Both the position numbers and the translations under genes were made by a program. Shown one piece after another: positions 21,329 through 33,873 of a DNA stretch of 64,000 nucleotides; positions within the stretch are counted from its first letter, which is position 1, and every line of letters begins with the position of its first letter. A model generated the notes under the pieces. The model saw nothing but the letters and a program-made list of their open reading frames with translations, was not told where the DNA came from and ran no database searches. The DNA is taken from positions 35,045-99,044 of the IMG/VR virus record IMGVR_UViG_3300044825_000698; one strand, given 5' to 3'. This DNA comes from a virus.

Positions 21329-21994
21329 TTAACCTGCCATTCCATAAATTCTGACGTCACCAGTAAAAGCGTCATCGAATGACAAAGTAAAACCATCAAA
21401 AGATGATGATACGTTGTGTGTTCCTGCACCGTCTAATCGTCGCAATCTTCCTGTTGATGTTCCATCATGACCCACTGAATCAATCGATCTAAAAGCAGTA
21501 GGTTGAGTCAAAAATGGACCATATAAATGAACCACAGTTCCGGTTGGGAAGTTTTCCTGCCTTGATCCAATATTAAAGTTACTCCAGGCGTTACCGGTTC
21601 CCCTACCAGCGTAACGATACGGACCATGCTCATCAAGGTATTGCGCTATGTAACTACTAGCAGTCGTATTATCAGTTCCCGAAGCGCGAAGACGGAAATA
21701 TATACCAAATACATTAAACGAAGCACCTCTGCCAGTAATCATTAACGTGTAGTTAATGTAATTTGATGAAAAACAACCATTTACAGATATAGCAGTGCAT
21801 GATGTCATGACGACATCGCCTGTGTTAGAAACAGTTGCTGAAGAACCAGTCCCGGCAGAGACAACCGACGTGGGAAATACAACAGCCAACCCCCCATTGG
21901 AGGGGAGATCTTCACCTGGAACCCAGGTACCATCCAGGATGCGTTTACGAACTTTATTAGGGTTCCATCTACCTACTGTTGTCATGTCAACCAC
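21329..21994 (-). CDS. Fibre beta domain, paralog 3
   Basis: SVNGCFSSNYINY...FDGFTL...FTGDVRIYG. Confidence 0.65.
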   Translation of the reverse strand: MVDMTTVGRWNPNKVRKRILDGTWVPGEDLPSNGGLAVVFPTSVVSAGTGSSATVSNTGDVVMTSCTAISVNGCFSSNYINYTLMITGRGASFNVFGIYFRLRASGTDNTTASSYIAQYLDEHGPYRYAGRGTGNAWSNFNIGSRQENFPTGTVVHLYGPFLTQPTAFRSIDSVGHDGTSTGRLRRLDGAGTHNVSSSFDGFTLSFDDAFTGDVRIYGMAG

Positions 21995-22896
21995 CTAATA
22001 ATCACTCGACCTGAACCTCCCACACCTGCACCGCCAATCGCCCTTGCACCACCACCACCACCACCAGTATTAGCAGTGCCTGAACCACCACCTCCTGGAC
22101 CTCCTCCTCCAGGTCCTCCTGATCCTACGGGGATACCGGTATTAGACGGTGCTCCACCACCTCCACCACCGGCAAGAGTAAGTGGTGAACCTGTTATTGT
22201 GGTGGTTGCCCCCGAACCACCAGGCCCACCTGTGCCCTCCGGCCAAAGACCACTAGGTACAGTAGGTGTTCCAGCGCTACCGGCACCACCTCCACCAGCG
22301 GCGGATAGAGAGTTACTAAAACTAACAGGTATTCCGTTACCACCAGGATTTCCTTGAGGTGGACTTACTGGTGGGACGTTACCCGAACCTCCACCATACC
22401 CTATTGGTGGGGAAGCACTAAGGGCGAGAACATAACCTCCACCACCAGAGCCGCCACTTCCTGAGTTGCCTGCTCCACCTGCGGCGGAAGTTATACGTGA
22501 TGCATACGAGGGGGGACTAAATTCGGAGAAAGACCCACCTCCACCAACTACTACTAAGTAGTTACCCTCTGATGCTGACGGTATAGTTCCCGACCTATAA
22601 CCACCTGCGCCTCCACCTCCACCTCCAGTAACTGCACTACCGCTAACAGGACCACCACCAGTGCCACCACCACCAACTACTACGTATTCAATTGCTCTGC
22701 TACCTTTGCTTATTGTGAAGGTAGCAGAGGCGGTAAAGTCAACACCGGTATAACTACCCGTTGTAAACGGTGTTCCCGCTGGCCCAGGACTCCATGAAAC
22801 TGATAATCCGGGGGTGGCCCAGGTGTTATCTAAACGTGCTTCATACACGGAGTTTACTGGCCAACGTCCGTAATAGGGGGGTCCACCTGAAGGCAT
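21982..22896 (-). CDS. Glycine-rich adhesin/fibre protein
   Basis: IEYVVVGGGG...GGSGRVIIRW. Confidence 0.75.
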   Translation of the reverse strand: MPSGGPPYYGRWPVNSVYEARLDNTWATPGLSVSWSPGPAGTPFTTGSYTGVDFTASATFTISKGSRAIEYVVVGGGGTGGGPVSGSAVTGGGGGGAGGYRSGTIPSASEGNYLVVVGGGGSFSEFSPPSYASRITSAAGGAGNSGSGGSGGGGYVLALSASPPIGYGGGSGNVPPVSPPQGNPGGNGIPVSFSNSLSAAGGGGAGSAGTPTVPSGLWPEGTGGPGGSGATTTITGSPLTLAGGGGGGAPSNTGIPVGSGGPGGGGPGGGGSGTANTGGGGGGARAIGGAGVGGSGRVIIRWLT

Positions 22897-22939
22897 TACT
22901 GTTATCTCCTATTAGTCAACATGCTCTACAACAGTATAC

Positions 22940-23830
22940 TTAAGATTCTAGGAACCATTCCATAGCATAAAATCCATCATGCACGGTTAGGCTGTTCTGT
23001 ATCCAAGTACTTTGCTCAGTAACTTTAGCAGGACGGAATAGTTCTTCTAGTTGGTCTATGGGGATAAGCGTACTCATGTCACACTGGATCGTCAAATCTA
23101 ATGACCTTTGTAGTTTGTTATTTTTTACACAATTAAACCATTGACTTCCTGGGAAGTCGGTGGTATTGCGGAACCCATAGTCCAACATCAGGACTGAACC
23201 TGTGAGGTTGCGAGTTAAGTTGTGTAGCAGGTCAGCGGCTTGTTGTATCCACGGGGCTGAACCATCCATGCCTTTGATTGCTTGGAGAGTTGCAGGTATC
23301 GGTTCGTTGAGGTCATGCCATTCGTAGATGGCTGTGTCGGCAACACGGATGAATAGTTCTTGCCAACGGTCATCTCGGAAGGACACAAAACGCATTGGTT
23401 GAACATCTAGCAACTCATTGGCAAACATCACACCAAAAGCGGGAGGTTGATCTAGTTGTTGCGTCACAGCCACCTCGTCAGGAAACGATTCCTTGTACAG
23501 AGGATTTGATTCAACGGCGGTGTACCGTAAGGCTGACCGACACGCCAGGTTTTGTGCCAATAGTTTGCGGCACAGCGTTCCGTTTCCTGCGGCTATCTCA
23601 TAGACGGGATACGGGTTTGGTTTGCCGAGCCGTTCCCATTCGGCGTCCAACCATTGACCGATGCGGTCAGACAACTTGTTGTCCAGACTGACAAATGTTT
23701 CAAAGTCTTTGCCGACTCCGTTGCCTGTCTCGTAATACCCACCAGGCCCGTAAATACGCGCCCAATAAAACTGGTCAAATCGGTACAGTCCTGGTGTCAG
23801 GTTGGTAGTTCGTTGTCTACCAGAGTCCAT
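22940..23830 (-). CDS. SAM-dependent methyltransferase, MidA/NDUFAF7 family
   Basis: GYYE...DFET, EIAAGNGTL, ANELLD, LDYG, DMST. Confidence 0.8.
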   Translation of the reverse strand: MDSGRQRTTNLTPGLYRFDQFYWARIYGPGGYYETGNGVGKDFETFVSLDNKLSDRIGQWLDAEWERLGKPNPYPVYEIAAGNGTLCRKLLAQNLACRSALRYTAVESNPLYKESFPDEVAVTQQLDQPPAFGVMFANELLDVQPMRFVSFRDDRWQELFIRVADTAIYEWHDLNEPIPATLQAIKGMDGSAPWIQQAADLLHNLTRNLTGSVLMLDYGFRNTTDFPGSQWFNCVKNNKLQRSLDLTIQCDMSTLIPIDQLEELFRPAKVTEQSTWIQNSLTVHDGFYAMEWFLES

Positions 23831-24177
23831 GAAAGATCAGATTCATTCCATACATAAGTACCGCCATCAGTAGGACGTGGTACTGGGGGTTGCCAGTCAT
23901 AGTTAGAATCAAGAGTCCAGGACGCATACGGTGGAGTTAGATTATAGAAAACGTCTATTATTGGATCATAGTTATCACCAATATTAGCGTACTTTTTACG
24001 AAAGTTATTATTGTACGAAGTTTGAACCCACTTAGTGTCAGTACCAAATATGTTTTTACACACCTGTATACCTAGTGACTCCTGTTCTACACCGTCCTTA
24101 TCCAACAAATCATCATTAGCAATGACAACAACACGTAAAACTATATTGTTGTTATCTAACTCAGCGAAGTGAGCCAT
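23797..24177 (-). CDS. Conserved fibre-associated protein
   Basis: MAHFAEL...WVQTSYN..FRKKYA.IG..YD. Confidence 0.7.
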   Translation of the reverse strand: MAHFAELDNNNIVLRVVVIANDDLLDKDGVEQESLGIQVCKNIFGTDTKWVQTSYNNNFRKKYANIGDNYDPIIDVFYNLTPPYASWTLDSNYDWQPPVPRPTDGGTYVWNESDLSWTLVDNELPT

Positions 24178-24186
24178 CAGTGTCTC

Positions 24187-25041
24187 CTATACGTTAGTTA
24201 ACCAGCGTAACATCACAATGCCAGAGCCACCTGAAGTTGCACCGCCACCGCCACCACCACCGCTAGACGGTGTTCCAGAAGTTCCAGCAGGTCCTCCACT
24301 AAAACTTCCCCCTACACCACCATTAGAACCACCGCCGCCTCCGGCCAAACCGCGAGTACCATCCCACATTGCTACATACCCAGAACCCCCTGGTCCCCCT
24401 CCACCTGGACCACTCGGTGTTGCCCCAATTGCGTTTCCTCCGATAGAGGAATAACCACCACCACCACCACCACCACCGACAAAGGTTCGAGGTCCACCTA
24501 CACGGAAAGGTGCAGGTATAAATATCGATGGTGCTCCAGTTCCTCCTGGATTACCTGCTCCAATCGCAGTAGCGCCAAGTCCAACAGTGCCGCCCCCTAT
24601 GGAACCGCCTCCACCTGATGCACCAGGAGTTCCTCCTGATCCTCCTCCAACCGCTTCTAACGATCCAAAGGATGATGGTGATCCTTGTGTAGCGGGACCT
24701 GGTCCTGCCCCTCCCCCTACGGTAATAGATCGTGAAGAGGGAGCGCTTACCAGAGTTGACCCTATTACTAGACCACCGCCTCCTCCTCCTCCTCCGTCTG
24801 CAACACTTCCACCACCACCACCAACTACTATGTACTCTACATTTCGTATACCTGATGTAAACGATACAGTTGATGCGCTACTAAAAGTTACACCAGTGTA
24901 ATTACCAGCGACAAATGGTGTCCCTGATGGTGTTGGAGTCCAACTAACTGCAAATGGGGATGACGGTAACGACCAGTCACCTTGAGCAATTCGACGGTAT
25001 ACGTCGCTAGGGTCCCAAAGTCCAGATGTTGTTTCAGGCAT
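24187..25041 (-). CDS. Glycine-rich adhesin/fibre protein (paralog of 21982-22896)
   Basis: VEYIVVGGGGG...GGSGIVMLRW. Confidence 0.75.
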   Translation of the reverse strand: MPETTSGLWDPSDVYRRIAQGDWSLPSSPFAVSWTPTPSGTPFVAGNYTGVTFSSASTVSFTSGIRNVEYIVVGGGGGSVADGGGGGGGGLVIGSTLVSAPSSRSITVGGGAGPGPATQGSPSSFGSLEAVGGGSGGTPGASGGGGSIGGGTVGLGATAIGAGNPGGTGAPSIFIPAPFRVGGPRTFVGGGGGGGGYSSIGGNAIGATPSGPGGGGPGGSGYVAMWDGTRGLAGGGGGSNGGVGGSFSGGPAGTSGTPSSGGGGGGGATSGGSGIVMLRWLTNV

Positions 25042-25048
25042 AACTCAC

Positions 25049-25420
25049 TCAGGAAATATCCTCGTAAGCAACGGTTACATGAATATGACCACTGCTGTTG
25101 CTGGATTTTGCCATTAGGGTGTCGCCCTCTTCAAGATATACAGGAGTTGAGTCTTTCATGAAGGCTTCATATGCGGCCAACGCTGGAATTGTGATGTTAC
25201 GAGCCAGATAATAATCTACACCGCCACGGGTTATGTAGAGATCAAATCCCACGTTTACACTAGCCCCCTCAGTATTAGCGGCCAAAACACCAGCCAATTT
25301 AAATACTTTATTAGATGCGGCGGAGTTTGCAAGTACCTGGGTAGCAGTAGCGTTGGTAAGTCGCACAAGAGCGGTCCTACCAATGATGGTTGCTACGTTT
25401 ACGATATTGGGTGCGGCCAT
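25049..25420 (-). CDS. Conserved virion protein
   Basis: MAAPNIVNVATI...YLEEGD. Confidence 0.65.
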   Translation of the reverse strand: MAAPNIVNVATIIGRTALVRLTNATATQVLANSAASNKVFKLAGVLAANTEGASVNVGFDLYITRGGVDYYLARNITIPALAAYEAFMKDSTPVYLEEGDTLMAKSSNSSGHIHVTVAYEDIS

Positions 25421-25429
25421 AATTATTCC

Positions 25430-25879
25430 TTATCCAAATATGAGAGATATAGCGATTGACTGACTAGATGTTCCAGGTGGAGTCGACAATGCGGTCCATT
25501 CTAGTCCAGTTGCTGTGGCACTGTTGGCAGTTAAAACATAGCCATCTGTACCTACGGGCAGTTTACTGACGGTATCGGTGGCGGTACCCACCAGGATATC
25601 CCCCTTAGCGTCAACAACTTGTGGTGAAATGTAAATCGAAGTATCGACATTTAATGTAACCGATCCTAGGGTTCCACCGCCGGTAAGTCCAGTACCTGCA
25701 ACAACCTCGGTGATGGTACCACTTGCTAGATATGGTAAGTCATCCCATACATCGGTACCATTTCCTATTTTAAACAGACCAGTGTCTGTTTCAAAACCAA
25801 ATTCACCAGATGACAGTGCAGGGTTTGCTGAAGTCCATTGAGACTCAGTTCCCCGTCTAAATTGAATTCGTACTGCCAT
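25430..25879 (-). CDS. Mtd-N / hyaluronidase-N-like fibre attachment domain protein
   Basis: IQFRRGT...W..ANP.L..GEFGFETDT..FKIGNG...W..LPY. Confidence 0.8.
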   Translation of the reverse strand: MAVRIQFRRGTESQWTSANPALSSGEFGFETDTGLFKIGNGTDVWDDLPYLASGTITEVVAGTGLTGGGTLGSVTLNVDTSIYISPQVVDAKGDILVGTATDTVSKLPVGTDGYVLTANSATATGLEWTALSTPPGTSSQSIAISLIFG

Positions 25880-25936
25880 ATGCCGAGTTCCTTAGGTTAT
25901 CGGAGAGTGCTATTCATTTTAGCATTGACCAGCGTG

Positions 25937-28474
<2,538 letters not shown>

Positions 28475-28512
28475 TCAACTCTAGTAGATGTTATGCCCCT
28501 CAGGGCCTTATG

Positions 28513-29835
28513 TTAGCCCGTGATAACGACTCGGTATGAGTTGGTTGCCGGTGCGGATGAGAATGAAACAGTCACGGTGTTAGTCGTCGAACGAGCAACA
28601 TCAGTGAAAACAGTGTCGTAAGTTGCTACGTCGTACACCTGAACAAGTACGTCACGAGTACCGAGGTTGTGGGTAATCGTGAAGGACGTAGCCGAGTTGT
28701 CACCGATGGTCTTGGCCGCAACTCGGGCCAGAACCGGGGTGCTGGTATCAAACCCAGCGGTGGTATCGGCCAAGTTGGTACGGGCGCTGGCGGCGGTCGA
28801 AGCGCCAGTACCACCGTCGGCAACCGCAACGTCAGTACCATTCCACACACCTGTGGTGATGGTTCCTAGTGTGGTGATCGATGCCTGACCAACATAGGTG
28901 CTGGCAATGTCGATGCTGTCAGCGTTGGAAACAATACGGTCGGCGGTTCCGACGACATCAATAGTGTTGCCAGCCTTAGTAAGACCATTACCAGCAATAC
29001 TCTGACCAGCCGCTGAGAACTGAACAAAGGTCAGGTTGGTTGTGCCGACAGTAATTGGGCTGTCGTTGGTGGTGAGAATCCATCCCGAATCCGACCAGGT
29101 GTCGCCTTCCTCAACGAAAGTGAACATCCCAGGCGTTACTTTAGTGCTGGTATTGGCATCGTCAGAACGGGTAAGGACGAAAACTGATCCAGCATCACCG
29201 GAGTGGGTTACAGTGTAAATACCGTTGTAGGGGGCATTAGAACTTGTTTCGTTCTTGATAAGAACCCGCTCGTTGTCACCAATCAATACGTTGTCAACAC
29301 TCAGGGCACCGTTGGCCGAGGCAGTGATGACGTTGGATGAGTAGGTGTAAGCGGGAAGGGCCGCATTGGTGGCGGCACGAACCGATGCCTTGACATCGAG
29401 TCCTTGACGGGCACCGTCTACATACGCCTTGTTGGCTACGTCAAGATCAGCCGAGGGGGATGCGGCTTGGAAACGACTGTTGGCATCACGAAGTACCAGT
29501 GTATTGGCGGTATTTGAGGCAGTGGCGTTGTCAAGTTTGGTCTTGTCCGCGCCAGTCATCAAGCCAGATGCGCCAGCGGCAACTACGTCAGCGACCGCTA
29601 GAGATACCGTACCGTTTGATTCAGACGAGGTGAGGGCTGTCGTAGTGGAGGAAACGGCATGAACAACCTTGCGCCAGGCGCTACCGGTGTACCACTTGAG
29701 CACCTTCTCCGTGCTGTTATAGATAAGACGACCTTCAAAGTTACCGGTGTTGGGATCGCTACCTACAACTTCAAACCGGCCATTTAGAATCTGGTTCTGG
29801 ACCAGGTCTAGATTAGACAAATACCTTGTCGCCAT
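28513..29835 (-). CDS. Virion structural/fibre protein
   Basis: ANKAYVD...GLDVKASVRAAT, NGIY, ADGGTGA, ITHNLGT. Confidence 0.75.
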   Translation of the reverse strand: MATRYLSNLDLVQNQILNGRFEVVGSDPNTGNFEGRLIYNSTEKVLKWYTGSAWRKVVHAVSSTTTALTSSESNGTVSLAVADVVAAGASGLMTGADKTKLDNATASNTANTLVLRDANSRFQAASPSADLDVANKAYVDGARQGLDVKASVRAATNAALPAYTYSSNVITASANGALSVDNVLIGDNERVLIKNETSSNAPYNGIYTVTHSGDAGSVFVLTRSDDANTSTKVTPGMFTFVEEGDTWSDSGWILTTNDSPITVGTTNLTFVQFSAAGQSIAGNGLTKAGNTIDVVGTADRIVSNADSIDIASTYVGQASITTLGTITTGVWNGTDVAVADGGTGASTAASARTNLADTTAGFDTSTPVLARVAAKTIGDNSATSFTITHNLGTRDVLVQVYDVATYDTVFTDVARSTTNTVTVSFSSAPATNSYRVVITG

Positions 29836-29844
29836 TTTTACCCC

Positions 29845-30165
29845 TTAGGAAAGATAGACAGAACCAGAAAACGGTGCGGAGAAACTTATTGTGATCTGCT
29901 GGGGTCCAGAATATGTAACGTCTCCGTGCACAATGTCACCCGTAGATGACACAATGCTTACTGCTGGATTATAACTCAAATTATGATTTACAATCCAAGT
30001 TGCTGATGGGCTTGATTGGATATGCGTGTAACTTTGGGCAGAACCACCACCGCCACCACCGCCCCCACCAGGTTCAACAATTGTTGTAGTGTTTATTGGG
30101 CGGGTAACAGTAACGGTGCTCCGTGGACGACGTGTCGTCACCTCGACAGAGGAACACTGGGTCAT
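29845..30165 (-). CDS. Small virion protein
   Basis: HIQSSPSATWIVNHNL. Confidence 0.6.
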   Translation of the reverse strand: MTQCSSVEVTTRRPRSTVTVTRPINTTTIVEPGGGGGGGGGSAQSYTHIQSSPSATWIVNHNLSYNPAVSIVSSTGDIVHGDVTYSGPQQITISFSAPFSGSVYLS

Positions 30166-30908
30166 GCTGGCATCACCGAAATAGATTCTTCAACCACAAT
30201 TACGCCCGAAGCCAGGCAGGTCCAATCACCACTGTTATCCTGGACAAACATGTCATACCGGTGCTCTCCAGCAGGGACTGTATTCAAATTAGAAATGTGT
30301 AGTGTAATTGAACTATCTTGGTTTTCGGTAATGTACCCACGACGATTACCAGTGAGAGCACCAATAGTTGCGTCAGATGGAGCAGGTGGTGCGTACCACC
30401 GGATATCAAGAACAGTTGTCCCACCTGTGTTCTTGGCCTGCATGTAGGCGTTTTGAACGTCAATAACGTCGCCGTTCTCGTCTTTCCAAGTGAAAGTACG
30501 ATAGAAGTCCTCGTATTGCTTGAAGCGCAGTTCCATATAGTCGGATTCCTCTAGTGGGGTGTACGTATCCAACGCCGACACAACTAGTGTGCCCTTTGCT
30601 ACAGGTTTTGTTACATTTACTGTTCCAGTATACAACGACCGTGTAGGTATAACGGCGACGACATCAAACTCAAGATCACCCTCGGGCAAATCGTAAGTGT
30701 CTTCCTCAGACAGGTAAATAACGATGCCACCTTCTGAGGTGATCTTTGTGGCGAACTCTTTACGAGTGACCTCGCCGGTCTTGACTACACCCCAAGCATC
30801 AATAGGCTTCTGAACACGCCGTGAGACTTTGTCTTTGACAATAATCAACCGTTCCCACGGCAAACCTTTAGTAGCGTGGTACTTTAATGTCGATACTGAG
30901 TGTGTCAT
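30162..30908 (-). CDS. Virion protein with duplicated beta-sandwich (BppU-N-like)
   Basis: Two similar halves (LPEGDLEFDV / VPAGEHRYDM); probable leaderless start at 30908. Confidence 0.5.
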   Translation of the reverse strand: MTHSVSTLKYHATKGLPWERLIIVKDKVSRRVQKPIDAWGVVKTGEVTRKEFATKITSEGGIVIYLSEEDTYDLPEGDLEFDVVAVIPTRSLYTGTVNVTKPVAKGTLVVSALDTYTPLEESDYMELRFKQYEDFYRTFTWKDENGDVIDVQNAYMQAKNTGGTTVLDIRWYAPPAPSDATIGALTGNRRGYITENQDSSITLHISNLNTVPAGEHRYDMFVQDNSGDWTCLASGVIVVEESISVMPA

Positions 30909-30934
30909 GCTCTCTATTCTATCGCAAATATAAT

Positions 30935-30966
30935 ATGGGTGGACCACCCGCAGGCAGTCCACCCAT
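30935..30966 (-). terminator. Hairpin after lysis genes
   Basis: ATGGGTGGAC...GTCCACCCAT inverted repeat. Confidence 0.45.
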
Positions 30967-30984
30967 CAAGAGCACTCGGGTGTA

Positions 30985-31239
30985 TTATACACCAGTTTTA
31001 GTACTACGTGCCTTTCGGGCTGGTTTCTCCAGGTTGGTGACCCGCTCGTCGATGCGGTCAACCTTCCCATCAAGACGATCAACCTTACCGTCCACTCGAT
31101 CCATCTTCCCTTCGACCCGCCTTAGTATGGCCATATTCTGACCATGTTGCTCGGTGTTACGACGGTCAAATCGAAATAGGAGCCACATAAGGGGGCCACT
31201 GATAAGGGCCACAATGACGGGGATGTACACGGGGTCCAT
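30985..31239 (-). CDS. Membrane protein next to endolysin (holin-like)
   Basis: N-terminal TM helix plus heptad repeat (RVDGKVD). Confidence 0.55.
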   Translation of the reverse strand: MDPVYIPVIVALISGPLMWLLFRFDRRNTEQHGQNMAILRRVEGKMDRVDGKVDRLDGKVDRIDERVTNLEKPARKARSTKTGV

Positions 31240-32051
31240 TAGAACATCTTGTCCCAGGTGATGGGGCCGACTACACCGTCAGCCTTAAGACCATTGGCGG
31301 TCTGCCAAGCCTTAACTGCCTCATCAGTCTTGGGACCGAAGTCCCCGTCGTCCTTCAACCCGACAATAACCTGTACTAGGCGAACTGCGTCACCCTTAGA
31401 ACCTAACTTAAGGGGGGTTCCTGGGTACTTGAATTCAAGCACGCCAGAAGGTGTCGAGGCCGAAGCCGGGGGAGCGCCAGCGGGAGCGACGTAGGGCTTA
31501 CCATCGGGCTTGGAATCACCAAGGCAATACTGCCAGTGCCACGCCTCAAACTCCTTCGACTGACGGTTATCAGTCTGAAGGTAGAAGCCCCACTTAGGAG
31601 CGTTCACGCACATCCAGTCGAAGCAGGCCCCACCCATGGAAGTAAGTTTTCCGTTTACCTCGTAACCGAGGTCAATAGCCAGTCCCCAACCATGATTGGA
31701 ACCCTTGGTGCCGGTAGGGTCTGGGGCGGCTGACGGGGCCTTACCAGGCTTCAGATACCAGGTTTTACCTTCATATTGCCGGGTTACCTGGGGCTTACGG
31801 CCCTGATCGGTAGTTGTGTAGCGATCCATGAACATCTGCAACTGACCTTCAAAAGACCGGTAGTCACCGACGTTACGCAGTTTGAAACCTGCGGCCAAGG
31901 CGGCGTCATAGAGTTTGTTAAACTCTTCGGCCACTGGCAAATACATCCGTCCACCAGTCTTGACCTTGCCAAGAACAGATTCAGGCAATTGGCCATTCTT
32001 GTACTGCCTAAGGGCAGTGGGGACGACCAGTTTCATGTACGGAAGGCTCAT
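31239..32051 (-). CDS. Endolysin: M15 (VanY-like) peptidase plus peptidoglycan-binding domain
   Basis: YRS..Q, SNHGWGLAID, EAWHW; DGDFGPKT..AVKAWQ..GL.ADGVVGP.TW. Confidence 0.9.
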   Translation of the reverse strand: MSLPYMKLVVPTALRQYKNGQLPESVLGKVKTGGRMYLPVAEEFNKLYDAALAAGFKLRNVGDYRSFEGQLQMFMDRYTTTDQGRKPQVTRQYEGKTWYLKPGKAPSAAPDPTGTKGSNHGWGLAIDLGYEVNGKLTSMGGACFDWMCVNAPKWGFYLQTDNRQSKEFEAWHWQYCLGDSKPDGKPYVAPAGAPPASASTPSGVLEFKYPGTPLKLGSKGDAVRLVQVIVGLKDDGDFGPKTDEAVKAWQTANGLKADGVVGPITWDKMF

Positions 32052-32127
32052 GCTTCAACCACCTCGCTTGTTGGTGCCTATATTCTATCGTAAGCGTTGT
32101 TGAGTATGGTACAAATTATGATTTTGT

Positions 32128-32286
32128 TTACTTAGTTACCACGAGTGTAACCCGATAGGCGTTCTGCCCGACAAGATCAACAGCAGTGACGGTGATACGA
32201 GACCAGCCCTCGGCTTTGGCACGATTGACGGCTTGAGTGCGGGCGTCGTGCATCATGGGGGTATTGATCGTGTAATTAAGGACCAT
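32128..32286 (-). CDS. Small hypothetical protein (52 aa), leaderless
   Basis: Manually translated MVLNYTINTP...VVTK; TGGTACAAT 6 nt upstream. Confidence 0.5.
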   Translation of the reverse strand: MVLNYTINTPMMHDARTQAVNRAKAEGWSRITVTAVDLVGQNAYRVTLVVTK

Positions 32287-32302
32287 ATTATGATTGTACC
32301 AG

Positions 32303-32376
32303 TGCCGGGTACGGGAGTTGAACCCGTCTACGGGTGTTTATAAGACACTTTGCGTCAACCGGACGCATCACCCGGC
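32303..32376 (-). tRNA. tRNA-Ile (anticodon UAU)
   Basis: Acceptor GCCGGGT/ACCCGGC, D stem TGCG/CGCA, anticodon loop CT-TAT-AA, T arm ACGGG-TTCAACT-CCCGT; CCA not encoded. Confidence 0.8.
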
Positions 32377-32381
32377 GTGTC

Positions 32382-32960
32382 TTACTTGGCTATAGCGTAT
32401 ATAGCAAACTGCCAGTGCCACTTGGCTACGACTGGCCAGGTTATCTGTGTGTCCGGATCAGTCCAAGATGTCATATTTGTGTTATTCGGGATCTTATCGA
32501 AGTAATCCACTAGGTTGGTAAACCCGAACCTCTCCATCATGTCCCACACCCGTTGATGATGACAGTTCCAGTGGTGCGTGGCTCCATCCCAGAACTCACC
32601 TTCACGCTCAGGCTGGTAGTTGTGTTCTTGGTGTTCCAAGGTAGATAGGACCATGTGCCAGGGTTCCTGGCCGTCTTTCCATCGCTGGATGGTCTTAATG
32701 ATGTCGGGGCCGACTACCAGGATCGGTGCGCCAGGCTTAGCAATGCGGCGCATATCAAGCATAAAGTCAGGAACAGAGCGCCAGTCAATATGTTCGATGA
32801 CATGCCCGAGATAAATGGCGTCAAAATGATCGTCAGGAAAAGGATACGGTTCACCCGGCTTAACGACAACATCTGGCCTCGTCGTCGGACTTTGCCAAAC
32901 ATCGCAATTCACCCAACCTTGTGCGTAATGGGTTCCACACCCAGCATTTAGAAGATTCAC
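32382..32960 (-). CDS. Class I SAM methyltransferase (type 11-like)
   Basis: LNAGCG, NCD, PFPDDHFDAIYLGHVIEH; GTG start overlaps upstream stop. Confidence 0.8.
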   Translation of the reverse strand: MNLLNAGCGTHYAQGWVNCDVWQSPTTRPDVVVKPGEPYPFPDDHFDAIYLGHVIEHIDWRSVPDFMLDMRRIAKPGAPILVVGPDIIKTIQRWKDGQEPWHMVLSTLEHQEHNYQPEREGEFWDGATHHWNCHHQRVWDMMERFGFTNLVDYFDKIPNNTNMTSWTDPDTQITWPVVAKWHWQFAIYAIAK

Positions 32961-33742
32961 TTGTAATAAAGCCCCAGGTTCGTCTCCAGTGGAAAGTACC
33001 ACCCTCCACCTGGTTGACGCAAGGCTTTAGGCATATCTTGACGATGGTGAATACCTGAGTAGTGAGCGATGAGCGACTTGCGTTGCATACCTGGCACATT
33101 GGGCTTAGAACCACGATGCATCAGTCGTCCGTGCCACACCAGAACGTCACCACGGCTGGGCAAATGTGACACCACGTTGTTACCCCTCTTGATGATCTCT
33201 TCTTCAAATACCGGGGTAAGGATGCGCTCCGAGAACTTGGGCCAACGATGATCCCGCTCGTCAGGGTTAAGTGCTGACAGTATCTTCTCTCTGGTTACCT
33301 GAGGCCAACGGTGGGAACCAGGAATGTACTGAAATGGTCCAGAATCAGGATGGATGTCATCAAGAGCGATCCATACTGCGGCGTAGTAGTCACCGACGTT
33401 AGGTGGGTTTAGGTATGAATCCTGGTGCCAGTTGCGTTCTGTGCTTTGCCACCCGGTTAGGTTGAGATGGAGGCCCGCTGGTTCGCTGATCAGGGACTCC
33501 AGCAGATTGGCCAGAGGTGCCCAGGTCAGGATGTTCATCAATTCAGGATGGCGGGTATACGGAATAGGGTCGGGCCATCCCATAGGGCGATCAGCGTTTT
33601 CCCGTAGCCAACATTCCTCGTACGCAATCATCAGGTCTTCTGGTAAGAAGTCCTTCATGATGACAAAGCCGTCGTCGTTCCAGTCCATCTTGGACGCACT
33701 GGGGGCTGGTATTGTCAGACTCTCAAATGTGGGCATAGTCAC
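32957..33742 (-). CDS. Phytanoyl-CoA dioxygenase (PhyH) family 2OG-Fe(II) enzyme
   Basis: WHQDS, VWIALDD...SGP.QYIPGSH, GDVLVWHGRLMHRG. Confidence 0.88.
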   Translation of the reverse strand: MTMPTFESLTIPAPSASKMDWNDDGFVIMKDFLPEDLMIAYEECWLRENADRPMGWPDPIPYTRHPELMNILTWAPLANLLESLISEPAGLHLNLTGWQSTERNWHQDSYLNPPNVGDYYAAVWIALDDIHPDSGPFQYIPGSHRWPQVTREKILSALNPDERDHRWPKFSERILTPVFEEEIIKRGNNVVSHLPSRGDVLVWHGRLMHRGSKPNVPGMQRKSLIAHYSGIHHRQDMPKALRQPGGGWYFPLETNLGLYYK

Positions 33743-33873
33743 TCCTCAGGTTTTATGGTATCTGGTGAGCCAGCGATGCGCTTTGACCACTTGGCTTCCA
33801 GCCGTTTCCTGGGGATCGAGGGTTGTTTTCGGGAGTCCATCTTCTTACCTAGTTGACGGACTTCCCCCACCCG

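Noticed and set aside
25430-25879. Diversity-generating retroelement suggested by the Mtd-N domain
   Set aside because: No reverse transcriptase and no adenine-differing TR/VR pair seen
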